A stretch of 64,000 bases of DNA from NCBI GenBank assembly GCA_963739455.1, contig CAVUAK010000003.1, forward strand, positions 96,001 to 160,000. Direction: 5' to 3'. The DNA comes from an uncultured Gemmatimonadales bacterium. GTDB lineage: Bacteria; Gemmatimonadota; Gemmatimonadetes; Gemmatimonadales; GWC2-71-9. Every line of letters starts with the position of its first letter. Positions within the stretch are counted from its first letter, which is position 1. Shown here piece after piece: positions 31,408-41,098 of this stretch. Position numbers and translations under genes: made by a program. A model generated the notes under the pieces. That model did no database searches. It worked only from the letters and a program-made list of their open reading frames with translations, and had not been told where the DNA came from.

Positions 31408-33058
31408 TCTCCTGCCGGCCCTGACCAACTGGTTGCTGACCTACTGGGTCCATGCAACGGTACTGCTCACGGCGGCGGCACTGCTGAGTCGCCTTCGCGT
31501 CATGTCGTTCGCTGCGCGCGACCTGCTCTGGAAGTGCGCGCTGGCCGGCCCACTGTTCACTGCCACCGCGCACTCACTCATCGGGTCGATGCCGGCGCGG
31601 CATCTCGACGTCGCACCTGCCGTGGCGGTCGCGATGGCTCCGGCAACAGCTGCGGCCGCCGCGCCGGCCCTCGAGGGCGGCATGATCCCCCAGGATCGGG
31701 TGGGCAGGACCGCGACCATCCCGGCGCACGATTGGCGCGCAGAATTCCTCATGGCGTGGGCCGTCATCGCAGTGATCCTCCTGCTTGGCCTCCTGGCGCG
31801 ACGCGTCCGCCTGATGCAGCGCATCGGGCGCCGACACCGGGTCACCGATGCACGCCTGCGCGACCTGCTTGAGACGCTCTGCCTGGCATCCGGCTACCCG
31901 CACTATGTGCGACTGACGACGGCACCGGGACTCGCGAGTCCCGTGGCACTTCCCGGCCGGGAGATCTGCCTCCCCGAGGCGGTGGTGACGGATCTCGGTC
32001 CCGAGCAGCAGCGCGGCGTCCTCGCGCACGAGCTCGCGCACCTGGTGCGCCGCGATCCGCTCTGGCTCGGCATCGCCCAGGTCATGGAACGCCTCTTCTT
32101 CCTCCAGCCGCTCAACTGGCTCGCTCGGCGGGAGTTGCAGGTGACGGCCGAGTATGTCTGTGACGACTGGGCAACGCACCAGGTGGGCTCCGGCCTTCCG
32201 CTCGCGCGTTGCCTCCTTACAGTGGCCGAATGGATTGCTGGTGCCACTGGTCCCTTGCCGGAGCCTGCCATGGCTGCTCGTGGTTCACACCTCATGCGTC
32301 GCGTCGAGCGCCTCGTGCGCGGCGACGGGATCCGCGCCGATCGCGGACGTTATCTCGGGCTGGCGCTCGGCGCCGTGCTCATCGTGGGAACAGTCGCGGC
32401 GGCGCCTGCCGTGAATACCGGTGCGCCCGCGGCACGCGCGCCCTCATCAAGGCTCGATCCGCTGGGCAGTCGCGAGGGGCAGGCAACCGACTCGTCGAAG
32501 GCGGCGCGTGTGTCGGCACTCGTCGGTGCGCTCAAGGACAGCGACCCCGGTGTGCGCGCGGCAGCTGCAGAAGCGCTTGGCCGTCTCGGCGACAAGTCGG
32601 TCGGCAACGCGCTTGCGGCACTGCTGAATGATCCCAGTCCCGAGGTGCAGGAGAAGGCCGTCATGTCCCTCGCTGAACTCGAGGATCCCCGCGCCGTGCC
32701 GGGTCTCGAGAAGCTGCTCGGCAGCGCCGACGCTGATGTGCGGGAGCAGGCCGCCAGCCGCCTGGGCGATGTCGAGCTCAAGGTGGCACCCGCATCGCTG
32801 GTCAACGCGCTCAAGGACCCGAACGGGGACGTGCGCGAGGCGGCGGCCAACAGTCTTGGCAGCATCGAGGACCAGAAGTCGGTTCCGGCACTCCTGCCGC
32901 TGCTGGGCGATCCGGACAAGGGCGTCCAGGAAGCAGCGGTCAATGCGCTGCACAACATCGGCGGACCGGCCGCCATGCAGGCACTGATCGGGGCACTCAA
33001 GTCGAATGACCCGAAGGTGCGCCGGATGGCCGCTGAGGCCCTTGGCGACCGGGACTGA
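31397..33058 (+). CDS. BlaR1-like M56 metalloprotease fused to C-terminal HEAT repeats
   Basis: VLAHELAHLVRRD, FFLQPL, AEYVCDD, then a TM segment and about 6 LxDxDxxVRxxAAxALG repeats. Confidence 0.9.
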   Translation: MRADLLPALTNWLLTYWVHATVLLTAAALLSRLRVMSFAARDLLWKCALAGPLFTATAHSLIGSMPARHLDVAPAVAVAMAPATAAAAAPALEGGMIPQDRVGRTATIPAHDWRAEFLMAWAVIAVILLLGLLARRVRLMQRIGRRHRVTDARLRDLLETLCLASGYPHYVRLTTAPGLASPVALPGREICLPEAVVTDLGPEQQRGVLAHELAHLVRRDPLWLGIAQVMERLFFLQPLNWLARRELQVTAEYVCDDWATHQVGSGLPLARCLLTVAEWIAGATGPLPEPAMAARGSHLMRRVERLVRGDGIRADRGRYLGLALGAVLIVGTVAAAPAVNTGAPAARAPSSRLDPLGSREGQATDSSKAARVSALVGALKDSDPGVRAAAAEALGRLGDKSVGNALAALLNDPSPEVQEKAVMSLAELEDPRAVPGLEKLLGSADADVREQAASRLGDVELKVAPASLVNALKDPNGDVREAAANSLGSIEDQKSVPALLPLLGDPDKGVQEAAVNALHNIGGPAAMQALIGALKSNDPKVRRMAAEALGDRD

Positions 33059-33068
33059 GGAGACAACC

Positions 33069-33992
33069 ATGCTGATTCGCGTCGCAATCTTCGCAACCGC
33101 CGGGCTGGCACTGCCCACGCACGACGGTCCCGGCGACGGTCGCGCCGGCCCCGATGCGGCGCAGGTGACGACGCTGCTCGCCGCGCTGGAGCGCACCGAT
33201 CCGGTCATCTGCGAAATGGCGGTGGATGCCTTCGGTCACGGGTGGTACGGCTGGGTGCGAGCCTCCGGTGTGGGTGCACTGGGCGACGTACCCACGACCC
33301 AGCGGGAAACGCAGGCGTTGATGCGCCGCTCGGTCACCGACCCGAAAGCGGTGCCGGTGCTCACCAACGGCCTCGCCAGCGGCAACGCCTGCGTGCGCCG
33401 CGCCGCCGCCTCGCTCCTCGGCGAGAGCACGGCAGCCGGTGCCGACGAAGCATTGCGCACCGCGCTCTCGGCCAAGTCGCCCCAGGTGCGGGAAGCGGCC
33501 GCATACGGTCTCGGCACGGCAGAAGATCGCCAGTCGGTGCCGGCCCTCATCAACGCCCTCGATGACAGGGATCCGAAGGTGGTGGCGATGAGCGCCTGGG
33601 CGCTGGGGCAGGTCGAGGACCCGCGTGCCGTCCTGCCACTCATCAAGCTGCTGCGCTCGCCCGAGCCCGACGTGCGCGCGTCGACGGTGTGGGCGCTGGG
33701 CGAGATCGAGGACACGAGGGCCACCGAGCCGCTGCTTCCGATGCTGAAGGACCCGAGTCCGGTGGTGCGGGTGGCGGCTGCCGAGGCACTCGGCCAGATC
33801 GGTGACCCGGCGGCGATCCCCGCGCTTCAGCGGGCATACGCGGGCGCCGACGTCGATACGCGCCTGAAGATTGTGGAAGCGGCCGAACAGATTGATGGGG
33901 GAGCGGCGAGCGGACTGCTGATGACTGCCCTGAAGGACTCCGACCCGCGGATCAGGAAGAAGGCCGCCGAGGGACTCGGCGACACCGACTAG
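33069..33992 (+). CDS. HEAT-repeat (PBS-lyase-like) protein with a putative signal peptide
   Basis: MLIRVAIFATAGLAL followed by repeated VRxxAAxxLG/WALG units. Confidence 0.85.
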   Translation: MLIRVAIFATAGLALPTHDGPGDGRAGPDAAQVTTLLAALERTDPVICEMAVDAFGHGWYGWVRASGVGALGDVPTTQRETQALMRRSVTDPKAVPVLTNGLASGNACVRRAAASLLGESTAAGADEALRTALSAKSPQVREAAAYGLGTAEDRQSVPALINALDDRDPKVVAMSAWALGQVEDPRAVLPLIKLLRSPEPDVRASTVWALGEIEDTRATEPLLPMLKDPSPVVRVAAAEALGQIGDPAAIPALQRAYAGADVDTRLKIVEAAEQIDGGAASGLLMTALKDSDPRIRKKAAEGLGDTD

Positions 33993-36871
33993 GCGATCGC
34001 TGCGCGCGCTCTGGGGGATGGCCGTGGGCTGGCGCCCTTCTGCCTGAGGTACCGGGCAAAGTCGTTGGCCGTCATCGGGCGGCTCACCCAGTGCCCCTGG
34101 ATCAGGTCGCAGCCCAGCTTGCGCAGCAGTTCGACCTGCGCCTCCGTCTCCACGCCCTCCGCCACCACGCGCAGGTCCAGTGCATGGCCCATCGCCACGA
34201 TGGCTGAGGTGATCGCGGCATCGTTGGGATCGGTCGTCACGTCCCGGATGAACGACTTGTCGATCTTCAGCATGTTCACCGGGAAGTGCTTGAGGTAGCT
34301 CAGCGATGAGTACCCGGTGCCGAAGTCGTCGATCGCGAGCCCGACGCCGAGGGCCGACAGCGCCGGGAGGACGGTGCGGGCGTCGCCCACCCCGTCCATG
34401 AGGGTGCTCTCGGTGAGCTCGAGCATGAGGTGACGTGGGTCGAGCTGGGCGGTCTCGAGCACCTTGCGCACCAGTTCCACGGTGCCGCCGCCGCGCAGCT
34501 GCTGCCCTGAGAGGTTGATCGCGATCGGGATCGACGCCAGCCCTGCCTCTTCCCAGCTCTTGTTCTGGCTGCACGCCGCCCGCAGGATCCATTCACCCAG
34601 CACGTTGATGAGGCCGGTCTCTTCGCACAGCGGGATGAACTCCGCCGGGAGCACGAGGCCGTCGGTGGGGTGCTCCCATCGCACCAGCGCCTCGGCGCTC
34701 GCCACCTGGCCCGTCTTCAGGTCCACGACCGGCTGGTACCACAGCGCGAACTGCTCGAGGTCGATGGCGCGACGCAGTTCACCCTCGAGCGTGAGTCGCT
34801 TGTTGGCCGAGATGCCCATGGAGGTTGCGAACAGCTCCACCGTGTTCCGCCCGCGCTTCTTCGCCTGGTACATGGCGAGGTCGGCGTTCTTGAGCAGGTT
34901 CTCGAGATCCATTCCGTCGGTCGGGTACACGGCGATGCCGATGCTGGCCGAGATGAACACTTCATGCCCATCGAGCGCGAAGGGCGTGTTGAACACCTCG
35001 AGCAGGCGGGCGGCAAGCTGGGTCACCGTGGCATCGCTGGCCAGGTCGGGCACAATGACGGTGAACTCGTCACCGCCGAGCCGGGCCACTGAGGCAGCCG
35101 GTGCGTGCTTCTGGCAGCAGGCGCGGATGCGGTGCGCCACCTCCTGGACCAGGCGGTCCCCGAAGCGATGGCCCAGCGTGTCGTTGATGCGGCTGAAATG
35201 GTCGAGATCCAGGAAGCACACCGCGAGCTGCCGCTTGTGCAGCGCGCTCCGCTCCAGTTCCTCCGTGAGCTTCTGCTTGAACGAGACGCGGTTGGGCAGG
35301 CCGGTGAGGCTGTCGAAGTAGGCGAGCGACCGGATCTGGTCGACCATGCGCGCATTGGCGAGCGCGAGCACTACCTGGCCGGCGACACGTTCCGCCTGCC
35401 GCAGGTCGTCGTCGTCCGTCCGGGTCGAGCGGAACGCGCCCAGGGCGATTGCCCCAAGCAACTCACCCTGGTAAATGAGCGGAAGGATGCGCACGCCCTG
35501 GTCCATGGCATTCGCGAGCGGCGCCAGGTAGGGCGGCGGCGACTCGTTCCGCAGGGTGAACCCCTGTGGCTTCCGCAGCAGCCGGTTGGCGTCGTCGCGG
35601 CGGAACTGCGCGATGTATGCGCGCGGCGCCGTCGGGTCGAGCGGGTCGGGCATGTACGTGGTGGCCTGCCCGCCGGTCGAGGCATCGAGCAGCGTCACGG
35701 TCACCAGGTCGCAGGCGCATACGTCGCGCATGCGATCCAGTACCGTCGAGACGATGCGGGGCGTGTCCACCGAGGACAACACCGCCTGGTCGGCTTCAGC
35801 GGCTGCGGCGAGGGACCTGAACTGGCGCGCGATCTTTTCCGCCATGGCATTGAACGACTCGGCGAGATCCGCGAACTCGTCGTTGCTGGCTACCTTGACC
35901 GGTTCATCGAATCGCTGGTTGGCCAGCCGCTGCGTGCCCTCCTGCAGCGCGTGCAGCGGCGCGAGGTGCCGCCGAAGCAGGGCCAGGGTCAGCACCAGGG
36001 CAGCGCCAAGTGATGCCAGCGCTACCCACGGAAAGGTCCGGCGGAACTGGGCCATCGGCGCGACGGCCGCAGCACGGCCCTCGCTGAGCACCAGGGTCCA
36101 CGATGGGTTGGCCACGTCCTCCGGCGCTGCAATGGGCGAGTATGCGGCGAGGTAGGACACGTCCCCGACATCCCACTCGAACGTCCCGGAACTGTCGGTG
36201 CCGACGTTGCGCGCCACCTTGGCGGGGAGCGAGACCTCGTCCTTGATCGACCGGAAGAGCACCTCGCCAGCGCGATCGACGATGTGCAGCTGCATCGTCG
36301 GTATCAGCGGGTTCTGTTCCGGCGTGCCCCAGAGGTACTCGTCGTAGATCGTCCCGACCAGCAGGCCACGCGCGCCTCGCGAGGTGGTGATTCGCCGGGC
36401 CAGGAGCATGACCGGTTGGCTGTCTGCCAGTATCGAGGTCACAACGCTCCTGCCGGCGTCCAGGTCCTGGAGCTGCCGCGGCTTGAGCGAGGGAAGCCTG
36501 GCCGGCGTGCCGAACAGTGCGGTCGGTGTGCCAGCGTCGGGAATGAAGGTCAGTGCGCTGAGCGCGTAGTTCAGCCCGTCGCACGTGGCGCCTTCGCGGT
36601 TGTCGGGCACCGCGGGGCAGGGGGAGACATCGCTGACCTGCGCCATGTCGCCGTCGAGGAAGTGCAGCCGCTCGGCGATGACCGCGGCAAGCGCGCGGCT
36701 GGTGTGCTCGAGCCGGCTGAGGCTGCCCTCCCGCAATTGTCGAGTGACGGTGCCGAACGACAGCACCGCCAGCGCCGTCATCGGCAGCAGCGAACACACG
36801 AGGAACAGCACCAGCAGGCGCCGCCCGAAGCGGCTCCTGAGCAATGATCGTGTGAGCGACGGACTGGGCAA
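33989..36871 (-). CDS. Membrane sensor HAMP-GAF-GGDEF-EAL c-di-GMP enzyme
   Basis: Two TM segments flank a periplasmic domain. HAMP (NDEFADLAESFNAM), ARLGGDEF, AEALVRW, IDDFGTGYSSL. Confidence 0.93.
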   Translation of the reverse strand: MPSPSLTRSLLRSRFGRRLLVLFLVCSLLPMTALAVLSFGTVTRQLREGSLSRLEHTSRALAAVIAERLHFLDGDMAQVSDVSPCPAVPDNREGATCDGLNYALSALTFIPDAGTPTALFGTPARLPSLKPRQLQDLDAGRSVVTSILADSQPVMLLARRITTSRGARGLLVGTIYDEYLWGTPEQNPLIPTMQLHIVDRAGEVLFRSIKDEVSLPAKVARNVGTDSSGTFEWDVGDVSYLAAYSPIAAPEDVANPSWTLVLSEGRAAAVAPMAQFRRTFPWVALASLGAALVLTLALLRRHLAPLHALQEGTQRLANQRFDEPVKVASNDEFADLAESFNAMAEKIARQFRSLAAAAEADQAVLSSVDTPRIVSTVLDRMRDVCACDLVTVTLLDASTGGQATTYMPDPLDPTAPRAYIAQFRRDDANRLLRKPQGFTLRNESPPPYLAPLANAMDQGVRILPLIYQGELLGAIALGAFRSTRTDDDDLRQAERVAGQVVLALANARMVDQIRSLAYFDSLTGLPNRVSFKQKLTEELERSALHKRQLAVCFLDLDHFSRINDTLGHRFGDRLVQEVAHRIRACCQKHAPAASVARLGGDEFTVIVPDLASDATVTQLAARLLEVFNTPFALDGHEVFISASIGIAVYPTDGMDLENLLKNADLAMYQAKKRGRNTVELFATSMGISANKRLTLEGELRRAIDLEQFALWYQPVVDLKTGQVASAEALVRWEHPTDGLVLPAEFIPLCEETGLINVLGEWILRAACSQNKSWEEAGLASIPIAINLSGQQLRGGGTVELVRKVLETAQLDPRHLMLELTESTLMDGVGDARTVLPALSALGVGLAIDDFGTGYSSLSYLKHFPVNMLKIDKSFIRDVTTDPNDAAITSAIVAMGHALDLRVVAEGVETEAQVELLRKLGCDLIQGHWVSRPMTANDFARYLRQKGASPRPSPRARAAIA

Positions 36872-36974
36872 CTGGTGAGCTCTCCCCGAAGTCCCGAAAC
36901 CGGGCGCGCCGTGATTGCGGCGCGCTGGTCAGGGATAGACAGGGATTGGAAGGCAAGTCACATACCGCCCGAAG

Positions 36975-36998
36975 GGCGGTGCAACTAGTTGCACCGCC
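36975..36998. terminator. Perfect 24-bp palindrome downstream of the LprI-MliC gene
   Basis: GGCGGTGCAACTAGTTGCACCGCC, 12 nt after the stop codon at 37011. Confidence 0.55.
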
Positions 36999-37010
36999 TT
37001 CAGGCCTGCG

Positions 37011-37691
37011 TCAGGAGCTGGGCGCCTGTTCGTGGCACTTGAGTGCGGTGCCAAGCCAGAGTACCTGCACCTCGCCGCCCCGGTCCACGAACGTCACGTT
37101 GTTCCCCTCGTAGCGCGCGCCGCTCTTTGCCTTCACGAAATACGCGACAACGCTCTTGTCGCCCCGCTCGAGCACGACGGTGGGGGGGTCGGTGTCGGCG
37201 AACATCGCGCTCACGTCGCCATGGTCGCCGTTGAGGGGACAGGAGTAGATCACCGGTCCCTTGGTCGGTACGAGCAGGTTGGTGGCCTGGATGGCCGCGA
37301 TGCGCCGGGTATAGGCGGAGTCGACACAGCCCTTCATGCTGCCGCTCTTGCCGCAGGCATCGCGGTCAGTGTTCCAGCCGCGCTGCTCGTTGACAAACCA
37401 TTCCGGCACGGGCGATCCCTGCTTTGCCTCGGCCTCCTTGTAGACCGTGCCGAGCTTTCGGTCCAGCGCCGCAAGGGCCGGGTCGCCGCAAACGAGCTGT
37501 TCCACATCGGACGATGCCTTGTTGCAGTCGATCGAGGCATTGAACGGGATCGAGGCAGGCCTGTCGCCGGATGCCATGCTCATGTCATCCCCGGGGGGCT
37601 TCTCCTTCTTCTTGCATGCGGTCAGTGCGAACAGCGCCAGGCCGGCGACCAGGACTTGGCGCGAAAAGCAGCTGGATGGCTTCGTCATCAT
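37011..37691 (-). CDS. Lipoprotein with LprI (DUF1311) and MliC lysozyme-inhibitor domains
   Basis: Lipobox LTAC, ASIDCNKAS..EQLVC..LAALD..QRGW..RDAC, C-terminal SGARYEG. Confidence 0.85.
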   Translation of the reverse strand: MMTKPSSCFSRQVLVAGLALFALTACKKKEKPPGDDMSMASGDRPASIPFNASIDCNKASSDVEQLVCGDPALAALDRKLGTVYKEAEAKQGSPVPEWFVNEQRGWNTDRDACGKSGSMKGCVDSAYTRRIAAIQATNLLVPTKGPVIYSCPLNGDHGDVSAMFADTDPPTVVLERGDKSVVAYFVKAKSGARYEGNNVTFVDRGGEVQVLWLGTALKCHEQAPSS

Positions 37692-37741
37692 TCGTACCTC
37701 CTCGAGGACTTACCCGCGGCGACGCAAGTGGCCCAGCCTCC

Positions 37742-38158
37742 TCAGCCGGTAACGAGCGTCGCCTGGAGCGTGATGGGCACGGACGCGAGCGCCTTCGACA
37801 CGATGCAATTGGCCTTCGCGTCATCGGCGAGCGCCTGGAACTCTGCCGCCGTCAGTCCGGGCACGACCGCACGCGTCGACAGCTCGATCTTCGTGATGGT
37901 CAGGCCCTCGAGGATCACGACCGCCTTCGTGTCGATGCTGGTTGGCGGCTTCCCGGCCTTGCTCAGCCCGCCCGAGAGTGCCATCGAGAAGCATCCGGCG
38001 TGCGCGGCGCCGAGCAGCTCTTCCGGATTGGTACCCGGCGCCCCCTCGAAGCGGGTCCTGAACGAGAACGGTCCCTCGAACGCCCCGCTGCCCAGGCGCA
38101 TGCTGCCGTTCCCGGAGCGGAGGTCACCTTCCCAGTGTGCTGATGCGGTGCGGTCCAT
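37742..38158 (-). CDS. osmC: OsmC-family peroxiredoxin
   Basis: GTNPEELLGAAHAGCFSMALS and AKANCIVSKAL. Confidence 0.93.
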   Translation of the reverse strand: MDRTASAHWEGDLRSGNGSMRLGSGAFEGPFSFRTRFEGAPGTNPEELLGAAHAGCFSMALSGGLSKAGKPPTSIDTKAVVILEGLTITKIELSTRAVVPGLTAAEFQALADDAKANCIVSKALASVPITLQATLVTG

Positions 38159-38223
38159 TGATCTCACTCCCAAGGTGTGTGCTTCTAGGATACACCCTTG
38201 CGGTCGGGCCGGTGTCACCGTAG

Positions 38224-38245
38224 TCTGTAACCATATGGTTACAGA
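38224..38245. promoter_or_regulatory. Perfect 22-bp palindromic operator overlapping the ArsR start codon
   Basis: TCTGTAACCATATGGTTACAGA; the ATG at 38235 sits at its centre. Confidence 0.8.
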
Positions 38246-38576
38246 GCCGCTGGTGTTTGCTGCCATTGCCGACCCTACCCGCCGCGCCATCCTCGACGCC
38301 ATCCGGGGGAGGGAACGGGCGGCCGGTGAAATCGCCGCGCTCTTTCCCGTCAGTCGTCCCGCCATCTCGAAGCACCTGCGGGTGCTTCGCGGCGCGGGCC
38401 TCGTGCGCGAGCGGCGCGTCGCCCAGCTGCGCCTCTACTCACTCGATCCCGCCCCGCTGCGAGAGGTGGAGCGCTGGCTCGATCACTACAAGGTGTACTG
38501 GGCCGCCCGGCTGCATGATCTCAAGCGCGTCGTCGAGGAGGGGGAACGGCGCGCTCCACCGAGGAGGAAGCCATGA
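38235..38576 (+). CDS. ArsR/SmtB-family transcriptional regulator
   Basis: VFAAIADPTRRAIL..VSRPAISKHLRVLRGAGLV. Confidence 0.93.
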   Translation: MVTEPLVFAAIADPTRRAILDAIRGRERAAGEIAALFPVSRPAISKHLRVLRGAGLVRERRVAQLRLYSLDPAPLREVERWLDHYKVYWAARLHDLKRVVEEGERRAPPRRKP

Positions 38577-39466
38577 CGTGGACGCATGAACATTCCCAGA
38601 CGCTGGAGGCGCCACCTTCCCGCGTCTTTGCCGCACTCACTGATCCGGCCGAACTCACGACCTGGTTCGCGGAACAGGTGGATGTGGGTGCCACTCCCGG
38701 CAGTCCCTTCCGCTTCTGGGGGAAGCACACGCTGGGCGCACCAGCTGCTCCGGACGCGGGGCAGCTGATGACGCGTCTGGAGACCGACCGGATGCTGGGC
38801 TTCTCGTGGACGCTCCATGGCGTGCCGACGACGGTCGACATCGGCCTCGCCGCCGACGGTGAGGGCACCCGCCTCACGCTCCATCACCGGGTAAACGGCG
38901 AACTCCCGGTGCCACGCCCGAGGGAGTTGATCAGCGATCACTGGAAGTTCGCGTTCGGCAACCTGGCGGCCCACCTCGCGGGCGGGAGTGGCATCGTGCT
39001 GCCCGACTATGCCGATCCAGCCCCGGAAGTCCGGCTCACGATCTCCATCGATGCCCCGCGCGATGTCGTATTCCGGGCCCTCATCGAGCCCGAGTCCATC
39101 AAGCGCTGGTTCGATGCCGCCGACGCAGTGGTCGAGCCCCGCAAGGGCGGCCGGTACAGCCTTGGGTGGAAGTACCAGGTGGAAGGCGTCGACGTAGAGG
39201 GTGGTCCAACGAGGATCCTGGAATTCATCCCCAACGAGAAGCTCGTGCTCGACTGGCCCGACTGGCGTGGGGACAAGTCTGTGAACGGGCAGAGGATCAC
39301 CTTCCACCTCGAATCCGTGGGTTCGGGCACCAGGGTCACCTTTGTCCACTCCGGATTTGGCCGCACCGCCGACATCAGCGACTACCCGTTTGGCTGGGTG
39401 TACTTCATGGACAAGCTGGAGCAGTTGTTCAAGCCGGGCACGGTGGTCGGTGCCGACTCGCGCTGA
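38573..39466 (+). CDS. Tandem SRPBCC (AHSA1/START) domain protein
   Basis: Two copies of the pattern APxxxVFxALxxPxxLxxWF...GTRxTxxH. Confidence 0.88.
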   Translation: MTWTHEHSQTLEAPPSRVFAALTDPAELTTWFAEQVDVGATPGSPFRFWGKHTLGAPAAPDAGQLMTRLETDRMLGFSWTLHGVPTTVDIGLAADGEGTRLTLHHRVNGELPVPRPRELISDHWKFAFGNLAAHLAGGSGIVLPDYADPAPEVRLTISIDAPRDVVFRALIEPESIKRWFDAADAVVEPRKGGRYSLGWKYQVEGVDVEGGPTRILEFIPNEKLVLDWPDWRGDKSVNGQRITFHLESVGSGTRVTFVHSGFGRTADISDYPFGWVYFMDKLEQLFKPGTVVGADSR

Positions 39467-39528
39467 TCAGGTTCGCGCAGTACAATCTCTCCCTGCGATT
39501 CGGCCAGAACCCGGCAGGGAGGCACACG

Positions 39529-40527
39529 ATGGGCAAGAAGGACAAGGACAAGAAGGGGAAGGCGAAGGACAAGGAGAGGAAGAAGGAGAAGGGCGCGAAG
39601 AAGCAGAAGGTGGACGCCCGGAACCTCGACGAGCTGCCTCCGCTCGCGCCCCAGGAGAGTCACGGCACCTACAGCGACGGCCACCCGCTGGACGAAGTGC
39701 ACTATCTCGAATGCAAGCTGATCCTCAAGCCCGACAACTTTACCTCGGTCAAGAGCTTCAAGCAGTACTCCGACCTCGTGCGCCACGCCGCCGACGACTG
39801 CAAGGTGGGATTCGATACCAGCATCTTCGCCGGGATGCGACCGCAGATCCGCGAGGTGGTGTTCCTCGACACTCCCGACTTCCAGCTCTACAACAACGCC
39901 TTCATCTTGCGTCGCCGCGTCACGTACGAGAACGGATTCCCTGTTGGCGAGCCGGAAATGGTCTTCAAGTTCCGCCACCCGGACCTGCAGGCGGCGGCGG
40001 AAATGGACGTTCGTCCGAGTATTCCGGGCGAGCACGTCATGAAGTTCAAGGCCGAGGCGCTGCCACTCAAGGACAAGCTGGGTGGCTTCCGGCTCCTCTA
40101 TTCACACAACGTCGAGTTCCCCTTCAGCGCCGCCAAGGACAGGACGGCCATGCACGAGGTCGTCCAGGCCCTGCCCGCCCTCCAGGCGCTGGCGATCAGT
40201 GGTGACCAGCACCTGGCACTGGTGAACCAGATGATCGTCGAGGAAGTCCTGCTGGATCTCGGGGTGCTGGACTTCGGGAAGGGCGTCATGGCGAAGGCCA
40301 ACGCGGCGCTCTGGCGCTCCCGCGGCGATCATCGCCCGCTGGTCGGCGAGTTCTCGTTCCAGTGCAAGTTCCGCCGGCGCGATGAGCTGCACGACAAGGC
40401 AATGCGGCGCTGCCAGAAGTTCTTCGTCACGCTGCAGGATCACATCAAGGACCAGATCTCGCTCACGACCACCAAGACCGGCATGGTGTACCGCGCCCAG
40501 GGCAACGCGCCGGCTGCGCATGAGTGA
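39529..40527 (+). CDS. Hypothetical protein, probable CYTH / triphosphate-tunnel fold, with a Lys-rich N-terminus
   Basis: YLECKLIL (ExK-like), VVFLDTPDFQLYNNAFILRRR, MVFKFR, GEFSF, TTTKT. Confidence 0.65.
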   Translation: MGKKDKDKKGKAKDKERKKEKGAKKQKVDARNLDELPPLAPQESHGTYSDGHPLDEVHYLECKLILKPDNFTSVKSFKQYSDLVRHAADDCKVGFDTSIFAGMRPQIREVVFLDTPDFQLYNNAFILRRRVTYENGFPVGEPEMVFKFRHPDLQAAAEMDVRPSIPGEHVMKFKAEALPLKDKLGGFRLLYSHNVEFPFSAAKDRTAMHEVVQALPALQALAISGDQHLALVNQMIVEEVLLDLGVLDFGKGVMAKANAALWRSRGDHRPLVGEFSFQCKFRRRDELHDKAMRRCQKFFVTLQDHIKDQISLTTTKTGMVYRAQGNAPAAHE

Positions 40528-41098
40528 GCCCGTTGCCGCACAAAAGGATGTGACCGTACCCGCCATCTTCTGGGAGTTCCTGCTCATCGGGGCAACGAGC
40601 TTCGGCGGCGGTGTGGTGGCGTACCTGCGGAGCAGCCTTGTCGCCAAGCGCCAGTGGATCGACGACAAGACCTTCGTCGAGTTTCTCTCCATCGGGCAGA
40701 CACTGCCAGGACTCAACGCCACCAACATGGCGGTGCTGGTGGGGGATCGCCTGCGGGGTGGGCTCGGCGCGATCGCGGCGGTCACCGCCATCTGCCTCCC
40801 CGGCGCGCTCCTGATGTTCGCGGCCGGAGTCGCGTACGGAGTCCACGGTGACCGCCCGGCGGTGACGGCAATCCTCCATGGCGTGGCCGCCGCCGCCACC
40901 GGCCTCGTGTTCGCCCTGACGGTGCAGCTCGGGCGGAAGTCGCTCGAGCGCGCCGGTGACCTGGTGTTCGTCATCGCGACGGCAGTGGCGGTTGATGTCC
41001 TGCACTTCAAGGTGCCCTACGTGCTGCTCGTCGTAGGGGCCCTTGCCATCTGGTGGCATCGCCCGCGGCCGGCCGCGGTACCGCAGGCCGGCGCATGA
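40520..41098 (+). CDS. Short-chain chromate-ion transporter (CHR family), subunit 1
   Basis: IGATSFGGG, QTLPGLN, GDRLRGGLGA, CLPG. Confidence 0.88.
   Translation: MSEPVAAQKDVTVPAIFWEFLLIGATSFGGGVVAYLRSSLVAKRQWIDDKTFVEFLSIGQTLPGLNATNMAVLVGDRLRGGLGAIAAVTAICLPGALLMFAAGVAYGVHGDRPAVTAILHGVAAAATGLVFALTVQLGRKSLERAGDLVFVIATAVAVDVLHFKVPYVLLVVGALAIWWHRPRPAAVPQAGA

Noticed and set aside
36880..37010. c-di-GMP riboswitch upstream of the GGDEF-EAL gene
   Set aside because: I could not find the GEMM-I or class II consensus elements; only simple hairpins are present.
37032..38234. N-terminal 400 aa of the 514-aa ORF ending in ArsR
   Set aside because: Antisense to the LprI-MliC gene and osmC; ArsR starts at 38235.
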